From Methanomassiliicoccaceae archaeon (GTDB taxonomy: Archaea > Thermoplasmatota > Thermoplasmata > Methanomassiliicoccales > UBA472), in contig CAVYIY010000005.1 of NCBI GenBank assembly GCA_963768775.1, positions 159,028 through 223,027 of the forward strand: a stretch of 64,000 nucleotides of DNA, read 5' to 3'. Shown here piece by piece: positions 1 to 10,529 of the stretch. The notes under the pieces are model-generated. The model saw only the letters and a list, made by a program, of their open reading frames with translations, was not told the DNA's origin and did not search any database. Within the stretch, counting starts at the first letter, position 1; every line of letters starts with the position of its first letter. A program made the position numbers and the translations under genes.

Positions 1-1830
1 CGCCCCGAAGGACATCCCGACCACCGTGGCGGAAGCATCCGGGGCGGCGTGCGAAGGCTGGCGGCGTTGGTCTTCGAGAACCGGTCAGGAATCGACACGG
101 TCGTCAAAGGAGTCGTTCCGGAGACCGATGTCAACGGACAGGAGCCCAGGATCGGCGTCTTCGTCTGCGACTGCGGCATCAACATCCGCGGAACCGTCGA
201 TGTGCCAGTCGGTCGTCGAGTACGCCAAGACCCTGCCCGAACGTCGTCTATGCGGAGGAGAACAAGTACACCTGCTCCGCCGATTCTCAGGAGAAGATCA
301 AGGATGCTGATCAAGGAGCACAAGCTGAACCGGGTGGTGGTCGCGTCCTGCACGCCCCGTACCCACGAGCCATTGTTCCAGAGCACCATCAGGGAGGCCG
401 GGACTGAACCCGTTCCTGTTCGAGATGGCCAACATCCGTGACCAGTGCTCTTGGATCCACATGCATGAGCCGGAGAAGGCGACCAAGAAGTCGAAGGACC
501 TGGTGAGGATGGCCGTCGCCAAGTCCAGGTTCCTGGAGCCGTTGTCCAAGTCGAAGCTCGGCGTCACCCACTCCGCCGTCGTCGTCGGCGGCGGACTGGC
601 CGGAATGACCGCGGCGCTGGACATCGCTGACCAGGGATTCAAGGTCGACATCATCGAGAGGACCGGAGAACTGGGCGGCAAGCGATGAACAAGCTGCATC
701 ACGCACGAGGGCGGACCGCAAGCCCGAAGGAGTTCATGAACGAGCTCATCGAGCAAGGTCCAGGACTAACAAGAACATCACCGTGCACCTGAACACCGAG
801 GTCAAGGACGTGACCGGATTCGTCGGCAACTTCAAGGTGAAGATCGACCGACGGCGAGATCGAGACCGGCGCCATCGTCGTGGCCATCGGCGCCAAGGAG
901 TACAAGCCCAAGGAGTACCTGTACGGCCAGGACAAGAAGGTCGTCACCCAGACTCGAGCTGGAGGAGAAACTGGCACGAAGGGCACGCTGCACGCCAAGA
1001 AGGTCGCCATGATCCAGTGCGTCGGCTCCAGGAACAAGGAGGCCCCCTACTGCAGCCGGGTCTGCTGCTCCAAGGCGGTCAAGAACGCCATCGAGATCAA
1101 GAAGAAGGACCCCACGACCGAGGTCTACATCCTGCACAAGGACATCAGGACCTACGGGTTCCGGGAGGCCCTGTACAAGGAGGCCGGCGAGCTCGGCGTC
1201 AAGTTCGTCAGGTTCCCGGAGGACAAGGACCCAGTGGTGAGCAAGGACGGCGAGATCTGAAGTCGTCGCCGACGACACGATCCTCGGCGCGCCGCTCGAG
1301 CTCACGCCGGACATGCTCGTCCTGAGCGCCGGCATCAGGCCCAACGACGGACAACGAGGAGCTGGCCAAGATGCTGAAGGTGCCGCTGAGCAAGGACAGG
1401 TACTTCCTCGAGGCGCACATGAAGCTGAGGCCGGTCGACTTCGCCACCAACGGCATATACCTGGCCGGACTGGCCCACTGGCCGAAGTTCATCGATGAGA
1501 CCATCGCACAGGCATCCGGAGCGGCCGCCAGGGCAATGACCATCATCTCGAAGCAGTTCCTGGAGACCCAGGGCATCATCGCGGCGGTGAACGAGATGGT
1601 CTGCAACGGCTGCGGCATATGCGAGCCGGTCTGCGAGTACAAGGCGATCACCATCGTGGCGGACCCGAAGCAACCCGGAGAAGCTGAAGGCCGTCGTCAA
1701 CGAAGGACTGTGCATGGGTTGCGGCACCTGCGTGGCCGCCTGCCCGTCCGGTGCCATGGAGCAGAAGGGCTTCAAGAACAACCAGATCATCGCACAGATC
1801 GACGCCGCTCTCGTCGGAGGTGGAAAGTAA
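1..1830 (+). pseudogene. hdrA: Heterodisulfide reductase subunit A (HdrA). The 5' end is cut by the window edge and the gene is broken by many frameshifts.
   Basis: HdrA-type peptides are spread over all three + frames: RIGVFVCDCGINI, VVEYAKTLP, NVVYAEENKYTCS, LNRVVVASCTPRTHEPLF, MANIRDQCSWIHMH, VVVGGGLAGMTAALDIADQG (GxGxxG), [32 protein letters not shown] and [16 protein letters not shown]. The stop TAA is at 1828-1830. Confidence 0.9.
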
Positions 1831-2300
1831 TGTCCAAGACCAAGTTCACGCCAAACGCAGGCCAAGCCGGCCGAGACGGGCGAGTTGGAACCGAAGCTCG
1901 TGGTCTTCTGCTGCAACTGGTGCTCCTACGCCGGGGCCGACCTGGCCGGAGTGTCGCAGACTGCAGATGCCGACCAACTTCCGGGTCATCAGGACCATGT
2001 GCTCGGCCAGGGTCGACCCGGAGTTCGTCCTCCGGGCCTTCGCCAAGGGCGCCGACGGCGTCCTGGTGCTGGGCTGCCACCCGGCCGACTGTCACTACAT
2101 CGGTGGCAACTACCGGACCAGGCAGGAGGATCGCCCTGCTCAGGGTGCTGCTGGAGCAGTACGGATTCAACCCGGACCGGCTGAAGCTGGAGTGGGTTTC
2201 CGCATCCGAGGGGGCGAAGTTCCAGAAGACGATCAAGGAGTTCAACGAGACTGATCAGGGAGCTAGGCCCGAACCCGATCAACGACGGAGTAAGTCTAAT
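1830..2300 (+). pseudogene. mvhD: F420-non-reducing hydrogenase iron-sulfur subunit D (MvhD), frameshifted. The 3' end is approximate.
   Basis: The ATG at 1830 overlaps the hdrA stop (TAATG). Peptides [57 protein letters not shown] and [41 protein letters not shown] lie in different frames. Confidence 0.85.
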
Positions 2301-2320
2301 CCAGGCAAGGATGGAACGAA

Positions 2321-3364
2321 ATGGCAAAGATCAAGATTGCGCAATATTGGGGAGCCGGATGCGGAGGCTGCGATGTCGCACTCCTGGACATCGACGAGAA
2401 GATCCTCGGAGTGGCAGAGATCGCGGACATCGCGTTCTGGCCGATCGCCGTGGACACGAAGATAAAGGACGTCGAGGCGATGCCCGACGGGTACATCACC
2501 GCCACCTTGTACAACGGGGCGATCAGGAACAGCGAGAACGAGCACATGGCCAAGCTGCTCAGGCAGAAGTCGGTGCTCATCGTCTCCTTCGGTTCCTGCG
2601 CCTGCTTCGGAGGAATACCGGGACTGGCCAACGTGACCAACGCGAAGGACATCCTGGACTACGTCTACACGAAGACGTTCTCCTCGGACCAGAAGAATGC
2701 CGCGTGAACGTGTCATCCCGCAGACGCATCACCCACACCAAGGAGGGAGACCTCGAGCTGCCGGTCCTGTACGACACCGTCCTGACGCTGGACCAGGTAA
2801 TCGACGTCGACTACTACATGCCTGGATGCCCGCCGACCACCAACCTGATCAACGAGTTCCTGGGCATCGTCGAGAAGCACGTCAAGGAAGGCGCGCCGCT
2901 CCCGCCGAAGGGATCGGTCATCGCTTCCCAGAAGACCCTGTGCGACGAGTGCAGCAGGAAGAAGGACGGTCAAGAGCGTCGACAAGATCTACCTGCCGTT
3001 CGAGATCGACATCGATCCCGAGAAGTGCATGCTGGAGCAGGGAGTCATCTGCCTCGGACCGTCCACCAGGGCGGGCTGCGGCGCCAAGTGCCTCGAAGGC
3101 CAACCAGCCGTGCCGTGGATGCATGGGACCGACCGCCGAGGTCATGGACCAGGGCGGCTAGCATGCTGAGCGCTCTGGCATCGATCTTCAAGATCGGGGA
3201 CAAGGAGGCGCAGCTGAACGAGGACGACATCCTCGAGATGATGTCGCAGGTCAAGGACCCGCTGGGAACGTTCTATGCCTTCACCATGCCCAAGTCGATC
3301 ATCAAGAGGATCGTCAAGGAGAAAGGGAAGAAGAAGCAGGCAGAGGCAAAGACAGGAGGCCTAA
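2321..3364 (+). pseudogene. mvhG: [NiFe] hydrogenase small subunit (MvhG), frameshifted.
   Basis: Peptides MAKIKIAQYWGAGCGGCDVALLDIDE, SFGSCACFGGIPG, DVDYYMPGCPPTTNLI, ICLGPSTRAGCGAKC and NQPCRGCMGPTAEVMDQG occur in successive frames. A TAA at 3362-3364 sits just before the mvhA ATG. Confidence 0.85.
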
Positions 3365-3367
3365 TAC

Positions 3368-4891
3368 ATGTCACCGATACTATCAGACCCGCAACCAAGA
3401 GCGACCTCGAAGCGCATCACCATAGACCCGATCACCAGGCTGGAGGGCCACGGCAAGATCGAGATCTTCCTGAACGACGAGGGCAACGTGGCGAACGCCT
3501 ACTGGCAGGTGCCGGAGCTGAGAGGTTTCGAGAAGTTCTGCATCGGCCGGTCCGTCGACGAGCTGAACAAGATCACCTCCAGGCTCTGCGGCGTGTGCCC
3601 CGGTGCGCACCACCTGTGCTCCACCAAGGCACTTGGACGGCGTCTACGGGCCACGCCCCCAGAGACCGCGGTGAAGCTCAGGGAGCTGTTCTACAGCGGC
3701 GCACTACGTGCACAGCCACATCGCGCACTTCTATGCACTGGCGGCCGCGGACTTCGTCCTCGGGCCAGGCGCCCCGGCGGCGAAGAGGAACATCCTCGGC
3801 GTGGTCGGACGCGGTCGGCGTGGAGGTCGGCGCCAGAGGTCATCAAGCACCGCTCCTACGCCCAGAAGATCCAGGAGATGCTCGGCGGAAAGGCCACGCA
3901 CCCGGTGTGCGGCATCCCGGGCGGTATGTCCAAGCCGCATCAACGAGGACGAGACGCAAGAAGATCGAGGCCATGGCCAAAGTCATGCGTGGAGTTCTCG
4001 CAAGTTCACCATGCAGCTCTTCGAGGACGTCGTGCTGAAGAACCAGGACTACATGAACATCATCGTCAGCAAGGACATCTTCTACAACGAGACCTACAAC
4101 CTCGGGACCGTCGACAAGAACGACAAGGTCAACTTCTACGACGGAACGCAGAAGATGATCGACCCGAACGGCAAGGAGGTCGCCCGGTATACTGGAAAGG
4201 ACTACCTGAAGTACATCGCCGAGCACACCCTGCCCTGGTCGCTACGAGAAGTTCTGCTACTTCAAGCCGGTCGGCTGGAAGGGACTCGTCGATGGGAAGG
4301 ACTCGCGGCATCTACCGTGCCACCCCGCTCTCGCAGGCTCAACGTCTCGAAGGGCTTCACCACCCCGCTGGCGCAGGCTGAGTACGAGAAGATGAACGGC
4401 ACCTTCGCGCGACCTCGGCGTCAAGGGGCCGGTACACCACACCATGGCGATGCACTGGGCCCGTGTGATCGAGCTGGTGTACGCTTCCGAGCAGCTGCTC
4501 GAGCTGGCCCAGGACCCGGAGATCACCGGCAAGGACATCAAGGGCGAAGCTGCACACCCCGGACGAAGGAGTCGGCATACTGGAGGCTCCGCGTGGAACC
4601 CTGGTGCACCACTACGCGTCGGACAAGAACGGCATCACCACCGACGTGAACCTGGTCGTGGGAACGACCAACAACAACGCCCCGATCAACCTGAGCGTCA
4701 GGAAGGCCGCCACCGCGCTGATCAAGAACTGGCAGGTGTCCCACGGTCTGCTGAACACCGTCGAGATGGCCTACCGCGCCTACGACCCGTGCAACAGCTG
4801 CGCCACGCACACGCTGCCTGGTCAGTCGCCTCTGGTGGTCAACATCCGCAAGGCGGACGGCAGCATGTTCCAGCAGATCAAGAACTACTAG
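3368..4891 (+). pseudogene. mvhA: [NiFe] hydrogenase large subunit (MvhA), with many frameshifts.
   Basis: An AGGAGG lies 8 nt upstream of the ATG at 3368. The peptide ITIDPITRLEGHGKIEI is present. The N-terminal Ni-binding motif RLCGVCPGAHH and the C-terminal motif DPCNSCATH are both present. Internal peptides alternate among three frames. Confidence 0.9.
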
Positions 4892-4931
4892 AAACCCCTT
4901 CTAATCCCTTTCATTTTTCCATTTTTCGAAT

Positions 4932-5705
4932 CTAATGCTGATAGCGCTTCGGCCTCTCCACCCTCAGGCTCCTTACCGTCCCCAGGTTGATGCCGTCCAG
5001 GAGGTACACCTGCGCCCCCTCGACGTCGATCATCCCCTGGGTGAACAGTGGGCCGAGCAGCTTGCCGCCCTCCAGGTTGACCGGGCTCCCTTTGATGGTC
5101 GGGTTGAGCGAGGGCATGACGATTATCTCCTCCGGGAGATCGGTGTAGCGCTCCCTCGCATTCTCGTTGAACTTCGCCCGGAGCCAGCAGCGCTCGGTCA
5201 TGATGTTGCCGACGCCATCCTTAAACAGCACCGCTGGGTGGTTGTGGGCCATCACCAAGGTCTTGCTGGCCATGACCTCGAAGGAGGGCCAGACGTGGCC
5301 ATGGACGAAGCCTACCTCCTCGGTGGCGAAGCCGGAAGGCGAATGGATGTGGACGCCCTCGAAGGCGATGTCCTCGATCCCGACGTCGTGGTTGCCCTTG
5401 ACGACGTCGATCTCGGAGAAGACGTTCTTCAAGGCGTGGAAGAACCGCGGCAGCTCGGAATGCTCCTGTTCGCTGGTGCCGGGAACCTGATGCTTAACGT
5501 CCCCTAGGAGGATCAGCCGTTCGCTGCCCTCTGCCAGGGCGATCAGCTCCCTTTCCATCCTTATCGTCTGGCTGGGAACGATGATGCCCTTCGACTGCAT
5601 CTCGTCCTCCAGTCCGATGTGGAGGTCACCGGCACAGAGGATCGACCCTCCGTCCAGTATGCGCAGTGCGGGATGGTCGACCACGGGCGAGGCTCTCAAG
5701 GACAT
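4932..5705 (-). CDS. Metallophosphoesterase (calcineurin-like, archaeal ICC-type)
   Basis: Intact 257-aa ORF with motifs GDLHIG, LLGDVKH, GNHD and GHVW. Confidence 0.75.
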   Translation of the reverse strand: MSLRASPVVDHPALRILDGGSILCAGDLHIGLEDEMQSKGIIVPSQTIRMERELIALAEGSERLILLGDVKHQVPGTSEQEHSELPRFFHALKNVFSEIDVVKGNHDVGIEDIAFEGVHIHSPSGFATEEVGFVHGHVWPSFEVMASKTLVMAHNHPAVLFKDGVGNIMTERCWLRAKFNENARERYTDLPEEIIVMPSLNPTIKGSPVNLEGGKLLGPLFTQGMIDVEGAQVYLLDGINLGTVRSLRVERPKRYQH

Positions 5706-5757
5706 GTTACCGGATAGCCAAACCCGACCCTAGGGAAAAAGGATTACGGTTGAAAGT

Positions 5758-6435
5758 TCAGATGCCGCTGTAGAGCCGCATGGAAAGGAAAGAAGGTAGG
5801 CCACTCTCCCGCATCGCCTCCGCCACCGCATCGATATCGTATGCCAGCCTCTTCACCTCGAAGCGGCGCAGCCTGTGGTCGTAGATGACCAGGCTCGCCC
5901 TGGGATCGCCGTCCCTGGGCTGTCCGACCGAGCCCGGGTTGACGATCGTTCCCTGATCCAGGCTCTTGACAAAGGGGACGTGCGTATGCCCCAGCACGAG
6001 AAAATCACATTTGGCCAATTCCAGCAATCCCTCGTCCGCGTCCTCCTCCGGCACGTACTCGTCGGGGTTCCGCGGCGACCCGTGGAAGATGGCGATCTTC
6101 AAGCCGTTCCAGAAGAAGGATTGATGGGCATTGAGCCGGGAGAGGTAGTCCTGGCCCTCCTGCTTGAGATTCTCAATGGTCCACCAGATGGCATCCTGGG
6201 CCTGGATGTTCATATTACTGGAGTCGTGGCTGAGCACCGCCCGATCATGATTCCCCTTTATGCTGGTGATCTCTATCTTCCCCAGCCGCTCGATGACCTC
6301 GTTCGGATGAGGGCCATAACCGACGATGTCCCCGGCGCACAGTATCCGGTCGACTCCTTCCTTCTCGATCTGCTCCAGCACGACTTCGAGGGCCGGCAGG
6401 TTCGAATGGATGTCCGATATGATAGCCAAACGCAC
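5758..6435 (-). CDS. Metallophosphoesterase, YfcE/MJ0936-like phosphodiesterase
   Basis: Intact 225-aa ORF with motifs ISDIHSN, AGDIVGYGP, GNHD, GHTH and GSVGQPRDGD. Confidence 0.8.
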   Translation of the reverse strand: MRLAIISDIHSNLPALEVVLEQIEKEGVDRILCAGDIVGYGPHPNEVIERLGKIEITSIKGNHDRAVLSHDSSNMNIQAQDAIWWTIENLKQEGQDYLSRLNAHQSFFWNGLKIAIFHGSPRNPDEYVPEEDADEGLLELAKCDFLVLGHTHVPFVKSLDQGTIVNPGSVGQPRDGDPRASLVIYDHRLRRFEVKRLAYDIDAVAEAMRESGLPSFLSMRLYSGI

Positions 6436-6455
6436 GCCCTTTCAATCATTTCGGA

Positions 6456-7886
6456 CTACAAATACCTATCAAGCTGTTGCTTGAGCACGAGCGGAACGCA
6501 GTCGATTACGTCCGTGGCGAGCAGGCTGAAGCCGAGGGTCTGGTATGCCAGGTCGCCCGCAGCGCCGTTGACGAACGCGGCGATCCTAGCGGCGTCGAAC
6601 GGCGCCACCCCGCGGGAAAGCAGACCGGCCACCTCGCCGGCCAGCACGTCCCCGGTGCCTCCGACGCTCATGCCAGCGTTGCCGGTCCGATTCAGCTTGC
6701 AGCGCCGGCCGTCGGCGACCACGTCAATCCGGCCCTTGAGCAATATGGTGAAGCCGATCGCTTCGGCTAGCTCCATGGCCGGCCTCCTCCGCTCCTCATA
6801 ATCCGCCGGCAGTTTTCCTCCGCTCAGGGTCATGAACTCGCCAGCATGAGGCGTGATGACCCCAATCTTGCCGGCGAGCACGCTCCTGTCCTTGGCGACG
6901 GCGGTGATCGCGTCGGCATCGATGACCAGGGGTTTGTCGCACCCCTTCACGATTGCCCTTATGGCCTGCAAGGTCTCCTCCTCGTTTCCCAGGCCCGGGC
7001 CGATGAGGAGCGCCTCCACGTTCTTGATCAGCTCCAGCACTTGCGAGACGTCCTTCTCGGTCAGGACGTCGCCGCTCAGTTCATGGACGATGAAGTTGGG
7101 CGAATAGCCAGCTATCGGAAGGTAGGAGCGAGCGGGAGTGGCGATACGCACTAGGTCGACCTTGATGCGATACGCGCCGAAGCCAGCCAGGGCGGGCGCG
7201 CCTGTATAAGGTCCCCCGCCGACGACTAGGACGCGTCCGTTCATCCCCTTGTGGGAATCGGGAGAGGGTATGGGATAGTGCACGAACTCCCCCGGCCCGA
7301 TGTACTTTGCCGCGTCAAGCGGGATCCCGATGTCCGCGATCACGATCTCGCCGGAATTGTCCTTGCTCATGCCCTCTTTCACGTCGTGGAAGGTCACGGT
7401 GACCGTCGGCCGCACCATCTTGTCCGTTCCCAGGCCCGAAGGCACATCCACCGCCACTATCGGCCTGGAGGAATGGTTGATTCGGTCGATCAAGTTCGAA
7501 TAGGGCTCGGCCAGATGGCCCTTGGTCCCGGTGCCCAGGAGCGCGTCTATGATCACGTCAAAATCGGATAGATCCTTGCCGGCATCGATCACTAGATCCT
7601 TGATCACCAGGAACGCATCCTTTGCGATGGCGGTCTTGATCTCGGCGGCCGGCCTGGCCAGAAGCACGCTCACCTTGTTGTCCCTCTTGAGATAACGGGC
7701 CACCACGAATCCATCTCCGCCGTTGTTGCCAGTGCCGCACAGCACCGCTATGCGCTTGTGCTCCCCGAAGCGGTCGGAGACGGTCTTTGCCACGGCTCTC
7801 CCCGCATTCTCCATCAACAGTGCTGTGGGCACGCCAAGAGATTCTGCGTTGATGTCCAGGATGCGGAATTCAGAATAGGGGAGCAT
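6456..7886 (-). CDS. nnr: Bifunctional NAD(P)H-hydrate repair enzyme (NAD(P)HX epimerase / ADP-dependent dehydratase)
   Basis: Intact 476-aa ORF. The N-terminal YjeF_N signature is VLCGTGNNGGDGFVVARYL. The C-terminal carbohydrate-kinase part contains GGTGDVLAG. Confidence 0.85.
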   Translation of the reverse strand: MLPYSEFRILDINAESLGVPTALLMENAGRAVAKTVSDRFGEHKRIAVLCGTGNNGGDGFVVARYLKRDNKVSVLLARPAAEIKTAIAKDAFLVIKDLVIDAGKDLSDFDVIIDALLGTGTKGHLAEPYSNLIDRINHSSRPIVAVDVPSGLGTDKMVRPTVTVTFHDVKEGMSKDNSGEIVIADIGIPLDAAKYIGPGEFVHYPIPSPDSHKGMNGRVLVVGGGPYTGAPALAGFGAYRIKVDLVRIATPARSYLPIAGYSPNFIVHELSGDVLTEKDVSQVLELIKNVEALLIGPGLGNEEETLQAIRAIVKGCDKPLVIDADAITAVAKDRSVLAGKIGVITPHAGEFMTLSGGKLPADYEERRRPAMELAEAIGFTILLKGRIDVVADGRRCKLNRTGNAGMSVGGTGDVLAGEVAGLLSRGVAPFDAARIAAFVNGAAGDLAYQTLGFSLLATDVIDCVPLVLKQQLDRYL

Positions 7887-7982
7887 AGGTCAAAATCAGC
7901 CCTGCTAGTGAATAATGGTTTGCTTTCCTGCGAGCGCAAACGTTATTATTCGCATTGCATTCTAAATACCGGAAAGAGAACG

Positions 7983-8273
7983 ATGACAGAAATACGCAGA
8001 TTGGTGCTGGATGTGCTCAAGCCGCATCACCCCACCATCGTGGAGCTCGCACGGAAGCTGAGCGTCCTTGAAGGGGTGTCCGGCGTGAATTGCACGCTTG
8101 AGGAAGTGGACCAGGAGACCGAGAGCATTAAGATCACGATCGAAGGGAGCGCGCTGGACTTCGAGGCCATCGAGTCCGCGATTTCGGAGACTGGCGCGGT
8201 CATCCATTCGGTCGACAGCGTTTCCGCGGGCAAGAAGATGGTCGACGAAGTGGAGACGCCTCAGGACCGCTGA
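7983..8273 (+). CDS. DUF211-family small conserved archaeal protein
   Basis: The ATG is at 7983. The sequence MTEIRRLVLDVLKPHHPTIVELARKLSVLEGVSGVNCTLEEVDQETESIKITIEG matches the DUF211 pattern from memory. Confidence 0.6.
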   Translation: MTEIRRLVLDVLKPHHPTIVELARKLSVLEGVSGVNCTLEEVDQETESIKITIEGSALDFEAIESAISETGAVIHSVDSVSAGKKMVDEVETPQDR

Positions 8274-8557
8274 GAGCGCACCATTATCTCCCCGACCTTG
8301 ACTAGAAGTTGACCTTTGGGGATTGTGATGGGCACCAGAGCGCGCCCTTTCTTCAGGTGCCATTCGCCTGGGTAGGACTTCTCCTCTTCCAGAGTGAATT
8401 CGATGCCGAGCTTCGTCAGAGCCTTGGACAGCATTTCCAGGCTGGGGTCGGGCACGGCGAGCTTCTTGCTGACCTTGCGGCCTTGGGCTCGGGTGAGATT
8501 GGTATCAAAATACTCAGGCCAGAGCACCCAAGACTTCTCAGTGTCCATTTCGATCAC
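8261..8557 (-). CDS. srp19: Signal recognition particle protein SRP19
   Basis: 98-aa ORF. WVLWPEYFDTNLTRAQGRKVSKKLAV is the typical SRP19 N-terminus. Confidence 0.8.
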   Translation of the reverse strand: MIEMDTEKSWVLWPEYFDTNLTRAQGRKVSKKLAVPDPSLEMLSKALTKLGIEFTLEEEKSYPGEWHLKKGRALVPITIPKGQLLVKVGEIMVRSQRS

Positions 8558-8590
8558 CGAGTTACGGGTTTAGCGGGTGGGCGAAGTCGC

Positions 8591-8972
8591 TCACTTCACC
8601 AATACCGCGTTGATCGCTCCATCTTGGCCCGGTCTGGAGGTCACCTTTGCCATGCCGAGATCGGTCTGGATAATGGCGCCCTTGTTGATGATGTTGCGCT
8701 GCACGTAGTTTGAGTTGGCCGAGTTCTCCTTGACGGTGACGATCTTGACCTTCTGGGTCTTCTTGGTCGTCGGGTCCATCACGTTGGCGTAGATGGCCTT
8801 CAAGCATCCTGACCTTGGAGTTGCCACCGCGAACGCGGTACTTCTGCAGTCGGGTCTCGCCCAGATATGTGTATTGAGCGTCCCGGCCGATCTCGAAGCG
8901 ACGCTTCTTTCTTGATAGGCGCAGCCTTCCGCCCGAAGGCTTGCGTCGTGATTTGCCCTGCCACAATGACAT
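8591..8972 (-). pseudogene. rps8e: 30S ribosomal protein S8e with one frameshift near 8799-8806
   Basis: The N-terminal part [57 protein letters not shown] lies in the frame of ORF 8562..8972. The C-terminal part [69 protein letters not shown] lies in the frame of ORF 8591..8827. Confidence 0.85.
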
Positions 8973-9081
8973 AGTTATCCTCTTGGCAAAAATGGAGCAT
9001 GGTATAAATATGTTTCCGACAGCGGGTTATGTTCTGTCTTGGGGGAAAGGCTTATGAGTGTGCTTTTCATTTGCCTCACAT

Positions 9082-9618
9082 ATGGATTGGACGATTCTCT
9101 TAGAGATTCTATTGCCTTTAGGGATAGTAGGGGTGGCGTTCGTGGTTAGAAGTCACCCAAGAATTGATGTAAAGCTAGAATCCGAAAAGCTCGAAGGATT
9201 CGAGCATCTGCACTCCCTGAATCGGAAGATATTGCATCTCAAACGGCTGAAGGGCTCTGAAGTAGCCAACCCTCGAATCTACATCTATGTAAAAACGAAA
9301 GAGGACATTTCAAGCTACCATATTAGTGAATTTATCCATGATGACATAGAGGGAAATATCGGGACGGGATTGGATATTGCTATACCATTTCCAGTAGATT
9401 TAATCACAAATGCAGAACAAATCGCAATAGCCTATCATTATTCCAATGCCTATTTTCCGTGGAGGTCAAGAACCGTTGCGATTTACCGATTGGGAGAGAG
9501 GAATGGATTGTTGAAAGAGCGAACAAGTTACCACCAGTTTCTTGGTTTCCGTTCACAAGGCATTATAGAGAAAGAGATGAAACGGAGAAGAATCCAATGG
9601 CTGAACACATCGAAATAA
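9082..9618 (+). CDS. Hypothetical membrane-anchored protein in a low-GC patch
   Basis: This is ORF 9058..9618 with an ATG at 9082 (MDWTILLEILLPLGIVGVAFVV is a TM helix). The last 22 nt overlap the transposase start. I recognise no homology. Confidence 0.35.
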   Translation: MDWTILLEILLPLGIVGVAFVVRSHPRIDVKLESEKLEGFEHLHSLNRKILHLKRLKGSEVANPRIYIYVKTKEDISSYHISEFIHDDIEGNIGTGLDIAIPFPVDLITNAEQIAIAYHYSNAYFPWRSRTVAIYRLGERNGLLKERTSYHQFLGFRSQGIIEKEMKRRRIQWLNTSK

Positions 9619-10529
9619 CAACCACGGAGCGCACAATCGCCTGCCGTCATTGCGGTTCAACGGATGTCAGCAAGGATGGCAAATACAAGGATGCACAGTA
9701 CTACATTTGCAAAGATTGCGAGAGCAAATTCTCAGGTAAGGATTGCTATCCCAAGATGAAATACCCCAAAGAGGCCAATGTCAGAGCATTGACTTACTAC
9801 TACAATGGAATGTCGTACAAGGCTATCAATCACACGCTCAGCGACATAAGCAAGATATCGCCGAGCAAATCAACAATATGGAATTGGGTGATTAAGTACT
9901 CCAAACTGACCAACCGATATGTTCTCACACTGAAACCCCATCTATCGGACAAATGGATTGCTGATGAGACGGTAATAGACATCTGGGGTGAGCATTACTG
10001 GTTCTGGGACATAATAGACACTGAAACCAGATTCCTCATCGCATCTCACCTTTCAAGAACACGGACTGAGAGAGATGCGACTAAACTATTCCAAATGGCA
10101 AAGTTGCGGAGCAAATACAGACCTGCCATAATTATCACGGATAAATTGGGGCAGTACAACAAGGCATTCAGAAAAGTGTTTTATTCGAGTACACCAAGCC
10201 ATAAGGCATTCCATCTGACCTCAGAGGGATTCCAATCGCCTACGAATACCAATCTCATAGAGAGGTTCCACGGTACACTCAAACAACGGACGAAAGTTAT
10301 GAGAGACTTGAAAGAAAAAAATAGTGCCAGGATTGTTCTCGATGGCTATGTCACGCATTACAACTTCTTCATGGAGCATCAATATCTGGAAGGATTAACC
10401 CCTGCCGTGGCGGGTGGCATAGGCGGGGATTTGCATAATTGGGGAGACATGATAGACCAGGCTCTCAATGCACCCATTGAGAACCCCCAAATAACTCTCG
10501 AATGGGAGGAAGAATATCGTGTGGAATGA
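9597..10529 (+). CDS. IS6-family DDE transposase with an N-terminal zinc ribbon
   Basis: The ATG is at 9597. The zinc ribbon is CRHCGS...CKDCES. The IS6-type core is WIADETVIDIWGEHYWFWDIIDTETRFL...IITDKLGQYNKAF...NTNLIERFHGTLKQRTKVM. Confidence 0.8.
   Translation: MAEHIEITTTERTIACRHCGSTDVSKDGKYKDAQYYICKDCESKFSGKDCYPKMKYPKEANVRALTYYYNGMSYKAINHTLSDISKISPSKSTIWNWVIKYSKLTNRYVLTLKPHLSDKWIADETVIDIWGEHYWFWDIIDTETRFLIASHLSRTRTERDATKLFQMAKLRSKYRPAIIITDKLGQYNKAFRKVFYSSTPSHKAFHLTSEGFQSPTNTNLIERFHGTLKQRTKVMRDLKEKNSARIVLDGYVTHYNFFMEHQYLEGLTPAVAGGIGGDLHNWGDMIDQALNAPIENPQITLEWEEEYRVE

Noticed and set aside
298-4649. Many long ORFs on both strands within the hdrA-mvh region, for example 298..756(-), 832..1344(-), 1335..1916(-), 2311..4038(+) and 3708..4649(+).
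   Set aside because: They are alternative-frame or antisense read-throughs typical of high-GC DNA. Their translations are Arg/Pro/Gly-rich, and the recognisable Hdr/Mvh peptides explain the region.
8799-8806. Programmed ribosomal frameshifting in rps8e.
   Set aside because: There is no slippery heptamer or downstream structure. Similar single-base indels occur in unrelated genes, so an assembly error is the simpler explanation.
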